The notes: a model not told the origin generated them from the letters alone. Counted from the whole stretch's first letter, positions 38,494 through 51,122 are shown. The stretch: 63,664 nucleotides of DNA, filler included, from Octopus bimaculoides (GCF_001194135.2; 6 parts of 6 records of this genome joined end to end with filler, not necessarily neighbours in it), one strand, 5' to 3'. Program-made: numbers and translations.

Positions 38494-41383
38494 CATCGTC
38501 ATCGTTTAAAGTCCGCTTTCCATGCTAGCATGGGTTGGACGATTTGACTGAGGACTGGCGAACCAGATGGCTGCACCAGGCTGCAGTCTGATCTTGCAGA
38601 GTTTCTACAGCTGGATGCCCTTCCTAATCTCAACCACTCCGAGAGTGTAGTGGGTACTTTTACGTGCCACCGGCACGAGGGCCATTCTGGTGTTATTGGC
38701 AACAGCCATGCTCAAGTGGTGTTTTTTACGTGCCACCTGCACAGAAGCCAGTTCAGCAGCACTGGCAACGACCTCTCTCGAATGTTTTTTTCACATGCCA
38801 CCGGCACAAGTGCCAGCAAGGCGATGCTGGTAACGATCACGCTCGAATGGTGCTTTTTACGTGCCACCAGAACAGAAGTCAGTCAGCTGCTCTGGCAACG
38901 ATCGCACTCGGATGGTGCTCTTAGCGCTCCACTAGCATGGGTGCCAGTCATCGAATTTGATTTCGATTTCGATTTCACTTGCCACAACAGGTCTTCGCAA
39001 GCAGAGTTTAGTGTCCAATGAAGAAAAGGTACGCATAAGTGGGCTGGCTACATCCCTGGCATAGGCCACAGGTTATGTTCTCACTTGGCTTGCAGGGTCT
39101 TCTCATGCACAGCATATTTCCAAAGGTCTCAGTCACTTGTCATTGCCTCAGTGAGGCCTAATGTTCGAAGGTCGTGCTTCACCACCTCATCCCAGGTCTT
39201 CCTGGGTCTATCTCTTTCACAGGTTCCCTCAACCGCTAGGGTGTGGTATATTTTCACACAGCTATCCTCATCCATTCTTGCCACATGTCCATACCAGCAC
39301 AATCGTCTCTCTTGCACACCACAACTGATGCTTCTTAGGTCCAACTTTTCTCTCAAGGTACTTACACTCTGTCGAGTATGCACACTGACATTACACATCC
39401 ATCGGAGCATACTGGCTTCATTCCTTGCGAGCTTACGCATGTCCTCAGCAGCCACGGCCCATGTTTCACTGCCATGTAGCATGGCTGTTCATATACATGT
39501 GTCATACAGTCTACCTTTTACTCTGAGCGAGAGACCCTTTGTCACCAGCAGAGGTAAGAGCTTTCTAAACTTTGCCCAGGCTATTCTTATTCTAGCAGCT
39601 ACACTTTCAGAACACCGTCCCCAGCTACTAACTTGGTCACCGAGGTAATGGAAACTATCAACTACTTCTAGTTTTTCTTCCTGGAATGTGGTGGAAGTTG
39701 TTTTCTGCACATTTACAGCGTTTATTGGTCCTGAGCATCTGCCACATACAAAAACTATCTTCCCAGTTTGTCTTTCTTTGATATTGCTGCACCTCTTATG
39801 TGTCCATACCTTACACTGGATACATCTTATAGAGTTTCTACCTACACCTTTTCTACAGATTGAGCAGGGCCATCTACCTGAAGGGATTTGTGGTTTGTCT
39901 GCCTTCCTACCTATTTGGACTTTGGTTTTAGCTAGGTTGACTCTAAGGCCCTTCAATTCTAATCCTTGCTTCCCCACTTGAAACTTCTCCTCTTGTTCTG
40001 ATAGTGACGCAAGGTCATCAGCATAGAGGAGCTCCCAGGGGCATCCTGTCTTGAATTCCTCTGTTATTGCCTGGAGGACTATGATAAATAGGAGGGGGCT
40101 GAGGACTGAACCTTGGTGGACCCCTACCTCTATCCGGAATTCTTCACTGTATTCGTTGCCAACCCTCACCTTACTGACAGCATCCCTGTACATGGTTTGC
40201 AGAGCTCTCACTAACCATTCATCTATCCTTAGTTTCCTCATTGACCACCAGATAAGGAATTGGGGGATCCTGTCAAAGGCTTTCACTATGTCAACGAAAG
40301 CCAAGTACAAAGGTTTATCTTTGGCTAGGTATTTCTCCTGCAGCTATCTTACCAGAAATATAGCATCAGTGGTGCTTTTCTGTGTCACAAACCCAAACTG
40401 CATCTCATCTAATCTAACTCTTTCCCTAATTAGTTGGGCTATGACCCTCTCTGTAACCTTCATTACCTGATCCAACAACCTCTGTAATTATTTGTATCTA
40501 AAGCGTCACCTTTACCATTGTAGTAGTTGACTATGATGCTGCTACACCAGTCATTGGGTAGGACTCCTTCGTGTATCACTTGGTTAACTATATGGGTGAC
40601 TAGGCTATAGCCCACACCACCGGATAGTTTAAGCATCTCTGCAGTGATTCCTGATGGGCCAGGGGCTTTCCTGTCTTCATACTCTTAATTGCATTATCTA
40701 CCAAAGTACTGTCATTTCGGATAGCTGGTCCCTCTTTTGAGTCGACAATCGACAGACTCTCTTTCTCCCATTCATTCTCTTTATTGAGCAACCTTTGATA
40801 GTGGCATCTACAAACCTCTCTCTTTGCAGCCTCGTTTAGTGCAAGTGAGTCATCATCCATGCAAACACATTTCTCTCCTATGACATCACAATTCTCTCTC
40901 ACACACTGTCTTGCAACACGAACTACCTCAAGTCTTTGGTCCTCATGGCACAGAACATTGGCAATTTTTTTCTTATCTGCTTCCCCTCTGGATAAATAAA
41001 CCTGTCAGCTAGCTTCCCTTCTGGCAGTCTGATACAATTCCCTGCTACTACCGTTCTTCCAGTCCTTCCAAGCCTGTTTCTTTTGTCTAATAGCCCTGTC
41101 AACAACATTGTTCCACCACCATGTTATTTTGGATTGAGAGGGGACTTTGCACCATCCACAGATCTGGTCAGTGGCCCTCAGCAGGTTGTCCCGTAGAAAA
41201 CTCCAGTTGTCTTCTACACCGTGTGAAGCTATATCCCCTTCTATTTCATCAAAGGCTTCAAGTAATATGTTTCTAAATCTCTGTCCATTCGCAGGTTCTT
41301 TAGCCTCCAGACCCTTCTCCTCCAAGCTTGTCGTCTTCTGGGCATCCATTTAGCCCTGATACTGAAGTCGCTAACTACCATCC
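38494..41383 (-). mobile_element. 5'-truncated RTE-clade LINE (end of EN, RT, 3' UTR)
   Basis: RT motifs YLAFVDIVKAFDR, GVHQGSVLSPLLF, ELLYADDL, YLGD, MLHGSETW; (GAT)-type tail; possible 7-bp TSD TATGTAT (38487-38493 / 41384-41390); stops and frameshifts. Confidence 0.95.
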
Positions 41384-41697
41384 TATGTATATTATTATAA
41401 TTGTTTAAAATAAATAAATAGACATAATATAATGTCTAACAGTTGATGAATACCACCTCTTGATCCCCTCCATTTTCTTCTTGCCCCATAAATTAAGGGT
41501 GAACCAACTTTTTACCCTTGCCCATTTATTACATTCAGTAGTGTAATTGCCAAGCAATAAACAACACTTTTATATTAATAATTGGGTATTCTACCAGCAA
41601 TATAGTGATAGATATTATCCTTTAGTTTGTTGTATTCACAACCTCTAACTCTCTTGGAATTATATATATATATTGGTTTTGTTTTCCTTTCTTTCAG

Positions 41698-41979
41698 TTT
41701 CTCTTGCAACACCAGATGGTAGCATGAAATTTGTCAAGATAAAGCAAGAAGTAACTTTTAAATGTCCTATTGCAAATGAAAGCATTACAGTCTGGATACT
41801 CAGATTATATCAAATTAGTAGTCCTGGTTGGTTACCTGTTAAAACTCAAGACTTTGAAGCAAATGTACTTCCTGGGAAAGTCAACATCTTGAACATCACA
41901 CTCCTTTCACATGGAGAGATAACAACTATTTGTAAGAGCACTAACAAGGTGATGAAATTTAAAGCAATAGCACTATATA
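41698..41979 (+). CDS. Ig-like domain exon 1 of an uncharacterised IgSF protein (phase 1-1, 94 codons)
   Basis: Acceptor ttttcctttctttcAG|, donor |GTAAGT, open frame VSLATPDG...VTFKCPIANESITVW...NILNIT...TTICKS with B-strand Cys, C-strand Trp, F-strand Cys and N-glycosylation sequons. Confidence 0.8.
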
Positions 41980-42644
41980 GTAAGTACCAAATAGTAATCA
42001 TTTTTATATATTTTTCTGTCCATATTAAGATATAATGATCAAAGACAAAATATATTTCTGTAAAAACTAACTTTGAGATTCAGTCAATTCACAAAATTTG
42101 ATAGTTGTGACTAAGAATTACTACAAATAATATTTTAATATTCATAACTTACTTCCTGATATTATTCCAGTAATATTGAAATGGCGATATTATGGCTAAG
42201 GTTATATGTTTGATTTGCAGAAGAGAGACTTAGTTACTATTATGTTATCCATAAATTGTTTTTAGTGTGATGAAATTAACAATTGATAATTGTTCTAAAA
42301 ATTTGAGAAGTATAATATTTTAATGCATTAAACCTCATCTTTAGGGTGTACAGAGGTTGGATTTCTGATTATCAGCAAATCATTCCTCAATATGCACACA
42401 TGCATGCACATGTGCATACACACACATGCACATACATGCATACATTATATATATATANNNNNNNNNNNNNNNNNNNNNNNNNNNNNNNNNNNNNNNNNNN
42501 NNNNNNNNNNNNNNNNNNNNNNNNNNNNNNNNNNNNNNNNNNNNNNNNNNNNNNNNNNNNNNNNNNNNNNNNNNNNNNNNNNNNNNNNNNNNNNNNNNNN
42601 NNNNNNNNNNNNNNNNNNNNNNNNNNNNNNNNNNNNNNNNNNNT

Positions 42645-42816
42645 AAACAAGAATACATATTATTTTCAAATAGTAGAAAATCTTTAGCAAAGTAAAAACA
42701 GTATTTATCCATATTTTTCCGTAATTCAAACTTGAATTAAGGAAAAATATGGATAAGTACTGTTTTTACTTTGCTAAAGATTTTCTACTATTTGAAAATA
42801 ATATGTATTCTTGTTT
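42645..42816. repeat. 172-bp near-perfect palindrome (85-bp arms, 2-nt loop, 2 mismatches)
   Basis: 42645-42729 is the reverse complement of 42732-42816. Confidence 0.92.
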
Positions 42817-43356
42817 TTTATATTATTCTTTGGTTCCTTTATTCAACTGCATAGTGGATACTATTCTAAAAATAACTAAAAGCTGACTTTATGACCCTAC
42901 TGGTCAAGAGAAGAATTTGTGGACAAAATTTAAGTTATGTTACTATTCTTCGCTTTTTGGTTTTTTAGATAAACAAGTTAATTGTTGTTGTTTCTAGGGT
43001 AGTCAAGACATTCATTCATTCATACTATTGGATCTAGGTTTTTTCATTTGCAAAATATACGTTTTTTAAAAGTTAGTAAAAAATCTGAAAATCGGCTCTT
43101 ATAATGTAGTCTTCCAGTCTCATTGCTATGAAGGTATCCTGGTGTGGTGAAAAAGATTGGAGAAAAATGTTACAGAGCTTTAAAAACTGGAAAAACTGTG
43201 TATTTTTAGGCAATAGCAAGACAGAAATTTTCTGCATTTAGCGGAACAGTGTCAACTTTAAGGTTGTGCCCTGTAAAATTTATAGTTTAGTGTCTGTAAT
43301 ATGACCTATTCCTTGTAGGTTTCTAAATAAACAGAAATACCTAATAAAATCAACAT

Positions 43357-43903
43357 AGGTGTAAGAGTGGCTGTGTGGTAAGTAGCTAGCTTACCAACCA
43401 CATGGTCCCGGGTTCAGTCCCACTGCGTGGCATCTTGGGCAAGTGTCTTCTACTATAGCCTCAGGCTGACCAAAGCCTTGTGAGTGGATTTGGTAGACGG
43501 AAACTGAAAGAAGCCCGTCGTATATATGTATATATATATGTATGTGTGTGTGTATATGTTTGTATGTGTGTGTTTGTCCCCCCAACATCGCTTGACAACC
43601 GATGCTGGTGTGTTTATGTCCCCGTAACTTAGCAGTTCGGCAAAAGAGATCGATAGAATAAGTACTAGGCTTTTAAAGAATAAGTCCTGGGGTCGATTTG
43701 CTCGACTAAANNNNNNNNNNNNNNNNNNNNNNNNNNNNNNNNNNNNNNNNNNNNNNNNNNNNNNNNNNNNNNNNNNNNNNNNNNNNNNNNNNNNNNNNNN
43801 NNNNNNNNNNNNNNNNNNNNNNNNNNNNNNNNNNNNNNNNNNNNNNNNNNNNNNNNNNNNNNNNNNNNNNNNNNNNNNNNNNNNNGAAACAAGTAAAAGA
43901 GTA
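43357..43903 (+). mobile_element. SINE family A
   Basis: Head, microsatellite and tail, with a gap in the tail. Confidence 0.9.
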
Positions 43904-44101
43904 TGTATCATCTTACTGTTTCTTTTGTTTCTTCATTCTTTCACACACACACACACACACACACATGCACACACATAAGTGTATGAGTGGCTATACAGTT
44001 GAGAAGCATACTTTCCAACCATATGTGCCACAGCACCTTGGAGTAGTGACTTTTACTATAGACCCAGGCTCATCAAAGCCTTGTCAGAATCTAAAAAATG
44101 T

Positions 44102-44137
<36 letters not shown>

Positions 44138-44164
44138 TGTGTGTGTGTGTGTAAGGTCTTGTTT

Positions 44165-44917
44165 ACTGAACCATTGTCCTGATGAAAAAAGATCCCTTTT
44201 GTCAGTTTTCCTGGGTGTTTGGTCCTGATAGATAGCTTTTTGTAACTGCCTCAGCAAGCTGACATAGCACTATTTGTTGATAGTGTAGCTCATTTGAAGA
44301 TGGTCAATAAACAATGTTTTTTGCATCCCAAGAAACTGAAGTCATCACCTTCTCTGCAGTTGAAACAACTTCGGTCTTATTTGGAGCAGTTGGAGGGGAG
44401 TGTTTCCACTGCATGGATTGTCTCCTTTTCTCTGGCTCAAAGTTAGGAAACTAGCTGTCAGATTTTTCCATGATATGATCAGCCTGGTGTGCTTTTGATC
44501 AGATGTCAGAAGCTGAGGCACCTGCTGAGCAGAAGCCTTCGTTATGCTAAGTTCAGTGTGCAAAATATTCTCAACTCTCCCAAAGGATATGCTAATAGTG
44601 TCAGCTATTTAACTTATAATCAGTCACATTTATCCATCACCATGTGGTGAACACAAACTATGTTTTCCACAGAGGTGGCAGTAGCAGTATGTCTGGACAT
44701 TGGGTCATCTTCAATACTCTCCATTCACCACCTAAATTCAGCTATCCACTTTTGCACTGTTGATAATGGAGGAGTGTCATCCCTTAATGTAGGAACCATA
44801 TTGGCATGAGTGCTCTTGGGGGCTAAAGGCTTTTTTCTGAAACTACACAATAACACAAAGATGCTAAATTTTGTCCATTTTCAAGAGAAGTCATCACTTC
44901 TCTAATGACCCCTCTGT
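44165..44917 (-). mobile_element. Decayed mariner transposase fragment (Mos1/Hsmar-like)
   Basis: MDKI..VI...KK..P......TLRDDTPPLSTVQKW...EDDP.S; KASAQQVPQLLTSDQK (SARWVPRLLT..QK); FFHQDN; 3' part lost at a (GT)n. Confidence 0.85.
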
Positions 44918-45707
44918 TGTGGCAAGACACCTGCTTCTGTCTCTCTGTCTTTGTCACACTAATCTTCCATCCTCTGACACAAGTTCCTCTTCTCAAATAC
45001 CCTGCCCCTCTCATAATACAGTGAGCATGGCAGTGAGGGCAAGAAAGGGNNNNNNNNNNNNNNNNNNNNNNNNNNNNNNNNNNNNNNNNNNNNNNNNNNN
45101 NNNNNNNNNNNNNNNNNNNNNNNNNNNNNNNNNNNNNNNNNNNNNNNNNNNNNNNNNNNNNNNNNNNNNNNNNNNNNNNNNNNNNNNNNNNNNNNNNNNN
45201 NNNNNNNNNNNNNNNNNGAGCAGCGATACAGTGAGCATGGTAGTGAGGGTAAGAAAGGGGATTGGAAAACAGGTTGATTATCAATTATGTAACAATTCAA
45301 TATTATTCTACAGGAAAGGAGTATTATATTCTTGCAAGGGATGTTTTTTTTTATTAATATGCTATCAAATCTCTATGTATCAAGTTGTCATTAAAAGCAT
45401 TAACTAGAGATATTGTGTTGTCACTTGTCAAACTTACCTTGCTATCTAACTACAATTCTTGTTCCCAATCACTCTACTTAACCCATTCCTCCATAAAATA
45501 TCTGCCAATGAGATTTGGTTGATTTTAATTTGTATCCTAGAGAATAAAAGACACCTTTTTTTTACATGTAATATTTGTTTCATATTATCAGTTTATTTTT
45601 TATTATTTTATAAATAGACTACAATCAAACTGACTTGTTTTATATTAAAAATGTTCTGTCATTTGGTGAATAATGCTTGATTTATTTTGTAATAATTTGT
45701 CTTTTAG

Positions 45708-46019
45708 ATGACATTGGGAACCTTTACCCAAGTTTTGAAACACCAAATGCGATAAAGGATAAAAAATTCACATTGAAATGTAATACAAATGGTAATAGTG
45801 CTTCAACATTTTGGTATACTGGAAATGGAGCAGTCATTGCTAAATACAGTGGAGTAGTCAACCAAGGTTATTCCAAATATTTTGGTAGCCGTCAAGAAAC
45901 TAGTTGCCAAGAGAAAATCTGTACATTGAGTATAACCAATGTCAGTTTAGATGAAGACAACATGAGCATTATTTGCAGTTCTTCTAGCCATACAAGTATG
46001 TTCAGTATTACAGTATTTG
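45708..46019 (+). CDS. Ig-like domain exon 2 of the same IgSF protein (phase 1-1, 104 codons)
   Basis: Acceptor ttgtcttttAG|, donor G|GTAAGT, open frame FTLKCNT...FWY...SCQEKICTLSITNVSLDED.MSIICSS; canonical Ig Cys/Trp/L/D/Cys pattern plus an extra CxxxxC pair. Confidence 0.87.
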
Positions 46020-46257
46020 GTAAGTAATAATGTTTTGCACAGTCAAGTGTGTGATTTTATTTTATTATTCTTTTATTTATTTCAGTCATTGGACTGTGGC
46101 CATACTAGGGTACTTGAAGGGTTTAGTCAATTAGATGGACCCCGTGCTTATGTTTTGAGTTTAGTACTTAGTGTATTGGTCTCATTTATACCAAACTGTC
46201 AAGTGACTGGAAGGTAAACAAAACTGCATTCATCGTAAAGTGAGAAATACACACTAA

Positions 46258-48744
46258 AAAGCCCCAGGCCCATCAGGAATCACTGCAGAGATGCTCAAAA
46301 TATCTGGCAGTGTCGGCTATAGCCTAGTCACTTGTATTGTTAACCAGGTGATACACGAAGGAGTCCTACCCAACGACTGGTGTAGCAGCACCATAGTCAA
46401 CTGCTACAAAGGTAAAGGTGACGCTTTAGATACAAATAATTACAGAGGTATCAAGTTGTTGGATCAGGTAATGAAAGTCACGAAGAAGGTCATAGCCCAA
46501 CTAATTAGGGAGAGAGTCAGTTTAGATGAGATGCAGTTTGGGTTCATGCCAGGGAAAAGCACCACTGATGCTATATTTCTGGTAAGACAGCTGCAGGAGA
46601 AATACCTAGCCAAAGATAAACCTCNNNNNNNNNNCTCAAAATATCTGGCAGTGTCGGCTATAGCCTAGTCACTTGTATTGTTAACCAGGTGATACACGAA
46701 GGAGTCCTACCCAACGACTGGTGTAGCAGCACCATAGTCAACTGCTACAAAGGTAAAGGTGACGCTTTAGATACAAATAATTACAGAGGTATCAAGTTGT
46801 TGGATCAGGTAATGAAAGTCACGAAGAAGGTCATAGCCCAACTAATTAGGGAGAGAGTCAGTTTAGATGAGATGCAGTTTGGGTTCATGCCAGGGAAAAG
46901 CACCACTGATGCTATATTTCTGGTAAGACAGCTGCAGGAGAAATACCTAGCCAAAGATAAACCTCTGTACCTGGCTTTCATTGACATGGAGAAAGCTTTT
47001 GATAGGGTCCCCCAATCCCTAATCTGGTGATCAATGAGGAAACTAGGGATAGAAGAATGGCTAGTGAGAGCTGTGTGAGCCATGTACAGAGACACTGTCA
47101 GTAAGGTGAGGGTTGGCAACGAGTACAATGAAGAATTCCGGGTAGAGGTAGGGGTCCACCAAAGTTCAGTTCTCAGCCCCCTCCTATTTATTATAGTCTT
47201 CCAGGCAATGACACAGGAATTCAAGACAGGTTGCGCCTGAGAGCTCCTCTATGCTGAGTCACTACCAGAACTAGAGAAGAAGTTTCAGGTGTGGAAGCAA
47301 GGATTAGAATCAAAGGGCCTTAGAGTCAACCTAGCTAAAACCAAAGTCCTAATAAGTAGGAAGGTAGACAAACCAAAAACCCCTTCAGGTAGATGGTCCT
47401 GCTCGATCTGTAGAAAAGGCATTGGTAGAAAGCTACGGACACATAAGAGGTGCAGCAATATCAAAGGACAGTTAACTAGGAAGTTAGTTTTTGTATGTGG
47501 CAGATGCTCAAGAGCAATAAACACTGAAAATGTGCAGAAAACAATTTCTGCCACATTCCAAGGAGAAAAACTAGAAGTAGTTGATAGCTTCCACTATCTA
47601 GGTGACCAAGTCAGTAGTGAGGGAGGATGCACTGAAAGTGTAGCTGCTAGAATAAGAATAGCCTGGGCAAAGTTTAGAAAGCTCTTACCTCTGCTGGTGA
47701 CAAAGGGCTTCTCGCTCAGAGTAAAAGGCAGACTGTATGACGCATGTGTACGAACAGCTATGCTACATGGCAGTGAAACATGGACTGTGACTGCTGAGGA
47801 CATGTGTAAGCTTGCAAGGAATGAAGCCAGTATGCTCCGATGGATGTGTAATGTCAGTGTGCATACTCGACAGAGTGTAAATACCTTGAGAGAAAAGCTG
47901 AACCTAAGAAGCATCAGTTGTGGTGTGCAAGAGAGATGATTGCACTGGTATGGTCATGTGGCAAGAATGGATGAGGATAGCTGTGTGAGAAAGTGCCACA
48001 CGCTAGCAGCTGAGGGAACCTGTGAAAGAGGTAGACCCAGGAAGACCTGGGATGAGGTGGTGAAGCATGACCTTTGAACATGAGGCCGCACCAAGGCAAT
48101 GAATTGTGACCGAGACCTTTGGAAATATGCTGTACGTGAGAAAACCCAGCAAGCCAAGTGAAACTATAATCCGAGGCCTCTGCCAGGAGTGTAGCCAGCC
48201 CACTTATGCATACCTTTCCTTCATTGGATACTAAACTCCGCTTGCGAAGACCTGTTGGGGGCAAGTGAAATCGAAATCGTGATGGCACCTGTACCAGTGG
48301 AGCACTAAGAGCACCGTCCAAGTTTGATCATTGCCAGGGCAGCTGTCTGGCTTCCATGCCGGTGGCACGTAAATAGCACCATTTGAGCGTGATCGTTACC
48401 AGCGTCACCTTACTGGCACTTGTGCCAGTGACACATGAAAAAACATTCGAGCGAAGTCATTGCCAGTGCCGCTGGACTGGCTCCTGTGCAGGTGGCATGT
48501 AAAATACACCATTTTGAATGTGGCCGTTGCCAGTACCACCAGGTTGGCCTTCGTGCCAGTGGCACATAAAAACACCCACTACACTCTCGGAGTGGTTGGC
48601 GTTAGAAAGGGCATCCAGCTGTAGAAACTCTGCCAAATAAGATTGGAGCCTGGTGTAGCCACCTGGTTCACCTGTCCTCAGTCAAATCGTCTAACCCATG
48701 CCATCATGGAAGGCAGACGTTAAACGATGATGATGATGATGATG
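46258..48744 (+). mobile_element. 5'-truncated RTE-clade LINE, same family as 38494-41383, opposite orientation
   Basis: NYRGIKLL, QFGFMPGKSTTDAIF, YLAFIDMEKAFDRV, MLHGSETW; (GAT)n tail. 46294-46624 is duplicated across a 10-N gap. Confidence 0.95.
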
Positions 48745-48944
48745 TATACACCATCGTCGTCAAAGTCATTAAGAAGATATGTTGTGGGGAGGGGAGAAAT
48801 TCATCAGAGATAGAATGTATGCAAGGAAATTCATGAGAATGCAAAAGGAGAGTGGAAAATAGAGGGTAAGGGAATGCAGTGAAATGTGGACATGGGTGAA
48901 GGGAGTGGGTGTTAGGAAGATGAGTTGTTGGGGAAAGATTTATC

Positions 48945-50800
48945 AGACAGGTTGTGAGTAGGTCTCAATTTTACTTAGATGAACAGGTCTTCTCAAGAAT
49001 AGTAAATTACCAATAATCTCTGTGAGGCTCAGTACCTGAGGGTCATTTTTTATCAGTTCATTCCACTTTTTCCTAGGTCTTTCTCTTCCACAGGTTCCAT
49101 CCACATATAGTACTTGGTTCTTCTTTATACTGCTGATCTTACACATATGCATTTATTTATTTATTTATGTGTTTCAGCCAAGTGGCTGCGGTCATGCTGA
49201 GCCATTCCGGAGCAGTCTCTTTTCTTACTACATCTGATACCTTTTATACCAAATTTTTCTCTCAATATATTTCTGCTTTATTTTACATTTACACCAACAT
49301 TACACTAATCCTCTACATTCACAGCCTATGTTTCACTACTGGGTGGTATAACTGTTTGTACAATTTGCCTTTCACTCTGAAGAAGAGGCCATTTATTATC
49401 AACGAAGGGAATAGTTCTCTGATTTTTCCCCAGCCAGTTCTTATTCTAACTACTTCACTTTCAGAGTATCCTTCTCCATTGCTAATTAGGTCACAGGTAA
49501 CAGAAATTTTCTACTACCTCTAAGATCCTCCTGAGTATTTGAAGAAATCTATTTCTTGTGTATTGTTAGTATTTATTGCATTTTCACATCAGCCAAACAC
49601 AAAGACTAATTTCTTTGTTAACTTTCTTGTAATTTCACTGCACCCTACATATGCCCATAGCTTGTATTTGGTACAGAGTATGGAATGTCTATCAACACTT
49701 TTTCTACATATCAAACAGAGCTACTTTCCTGAAGAGATTAGTAATTTGTTTGCTTCCCTGCATACGAAGTTTTTAGGCTTTGCTTAGTTAATTTTAAGGC
49801 CCTATGATTCCAAGCATTGCTTCCACACTTGATATTACTTTTTTAATGCTACTGTAAATCCAGCTATAAGAACAAGGTCATTGGCATAGAGGAGCTTCCA
49901 TGTGCAACCAGTCTTAAACTCCTCTGTTATGGCCTGAAGAACTATAACAAACAAGGAGGGGACTGAGAATTAACCCCTGTTGAATTCCTATCTGAACACT
50001 AAATTCATTGCTATATTCATTGCTGACTTCCATAGCAACTACCCAATTAGAGAGTGAGGGACAGTGTCAAAAGTTCTCTCCATGTCAGTAAATAATTAGT
50101 ACAGCAGATTATGTTTGAGCAAATGCTTCTCCTGCAATTGCCTTACTCAGAAGATAGCATCAGCAGTGTTTGTCTCATCTTGGTCAACTATCTTCCAATT
50201 TAGTTGAGTTGTGACAGTTTTTTGTAACTTTCATGATCCCCTCCACCAATATGATACCTCTAATTACTTCTGTCTAAGCCATTTCATTTACCATTGTAAC
50301 AGTTGGCTATAATGCTACTACACCAGTTGTTGGGTATGATACCTTCCTGGACAACGTGCTTAACTATATGGGTGACTGCAATATATCACACTCACTCAGT
50401 TCAGGGATCTTTGACTTGCAAGTTATATGCTGACCTCACTGGTGCTTATGTTATGTAAATGGCACCATCCAACCCATGACAGCATGAAATATGGACATTA
50501 AATGGTGATGATGAAGATGATTATGGTAGCTTTATCTATCTTATTATTGTCAACTCAGACAGCTGGTCTTTCTGTTGGGTCCACTTTAAGAAGACTCTCC
50601 TTCTCCTGTGCATTCTCTGTAGCAGTCTTTCATAGTGACATTTACATGCCACTTTGTTATCAGAATCATCCATCCATACACACTTCACAAAACTCCAATA
50701 TCCTAGTTCCCTTCATTGTTGGAACCAACTCCATAGCTTCCATGCATATCATGGAAGCCACTCAGATGCTGCCCATTGATGCAACCAGCCATGACGATAA
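48945..50800 (-). mobile_element. Older, fragmented RTE LINE remnants (RT and EN pieces), with a plus-strand RTE tail at ~50400-50522
   Basis: GTCGRERPRKKW, GCTWKLLYA.DL, CHYERLL, LIVMAG..NG..SGFHDMHGSYGVGSNNEG. Confidence 0.8.
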
Positions 50801-51033
50801 GGTTGCTACTGTGGCTTCTGCTTTTGGCAGGCGAGAGTGCAGAATTGACAGAGACATTGAGGGAGGGGCCCAGAGAGGTACATACTGTTGGTTGAAGCCT
50901 TCATCTCTTCCTACAATTTAACATCAGCTTGACATGCTTGCATATGCGAGCAGATTTTCTACACAAGGTGTGTGTGTGTGTGTGTGTGTGCTCGTACATG
51001 TGTCAGTACATATATATATGTATGTATGTATGC

Positions 51034-51122
<89 letters not shown>

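Noticed and set aside
38650-38885. CRISPR-like repeat-spacer look
   Set aside because: Eukaryotic LINE 3' UTR, imperfect repeats, the same spacers in the second RTE copy, and no cas genes.
45008-45262. Similar ~35-bp units on each side of a gap
   Set aside because: Probably a collapsed minisatellite; it cannot be evaluated through the Ns.
46294-46965. Apparently exact ~330-bp tandem duplication in the RTE
   Set aside because: The copies look identical and are separated by a 10-N gap, typical of an unmerged contig overlap.
50502-50921. 139-aa ORF starting with a signal-peptide-like MVMMKMIMVALSILLLS
   Set aside because: The start comes from an RTE (GAT)n tail, and the body is antisense to RTE endonuclease remnants.
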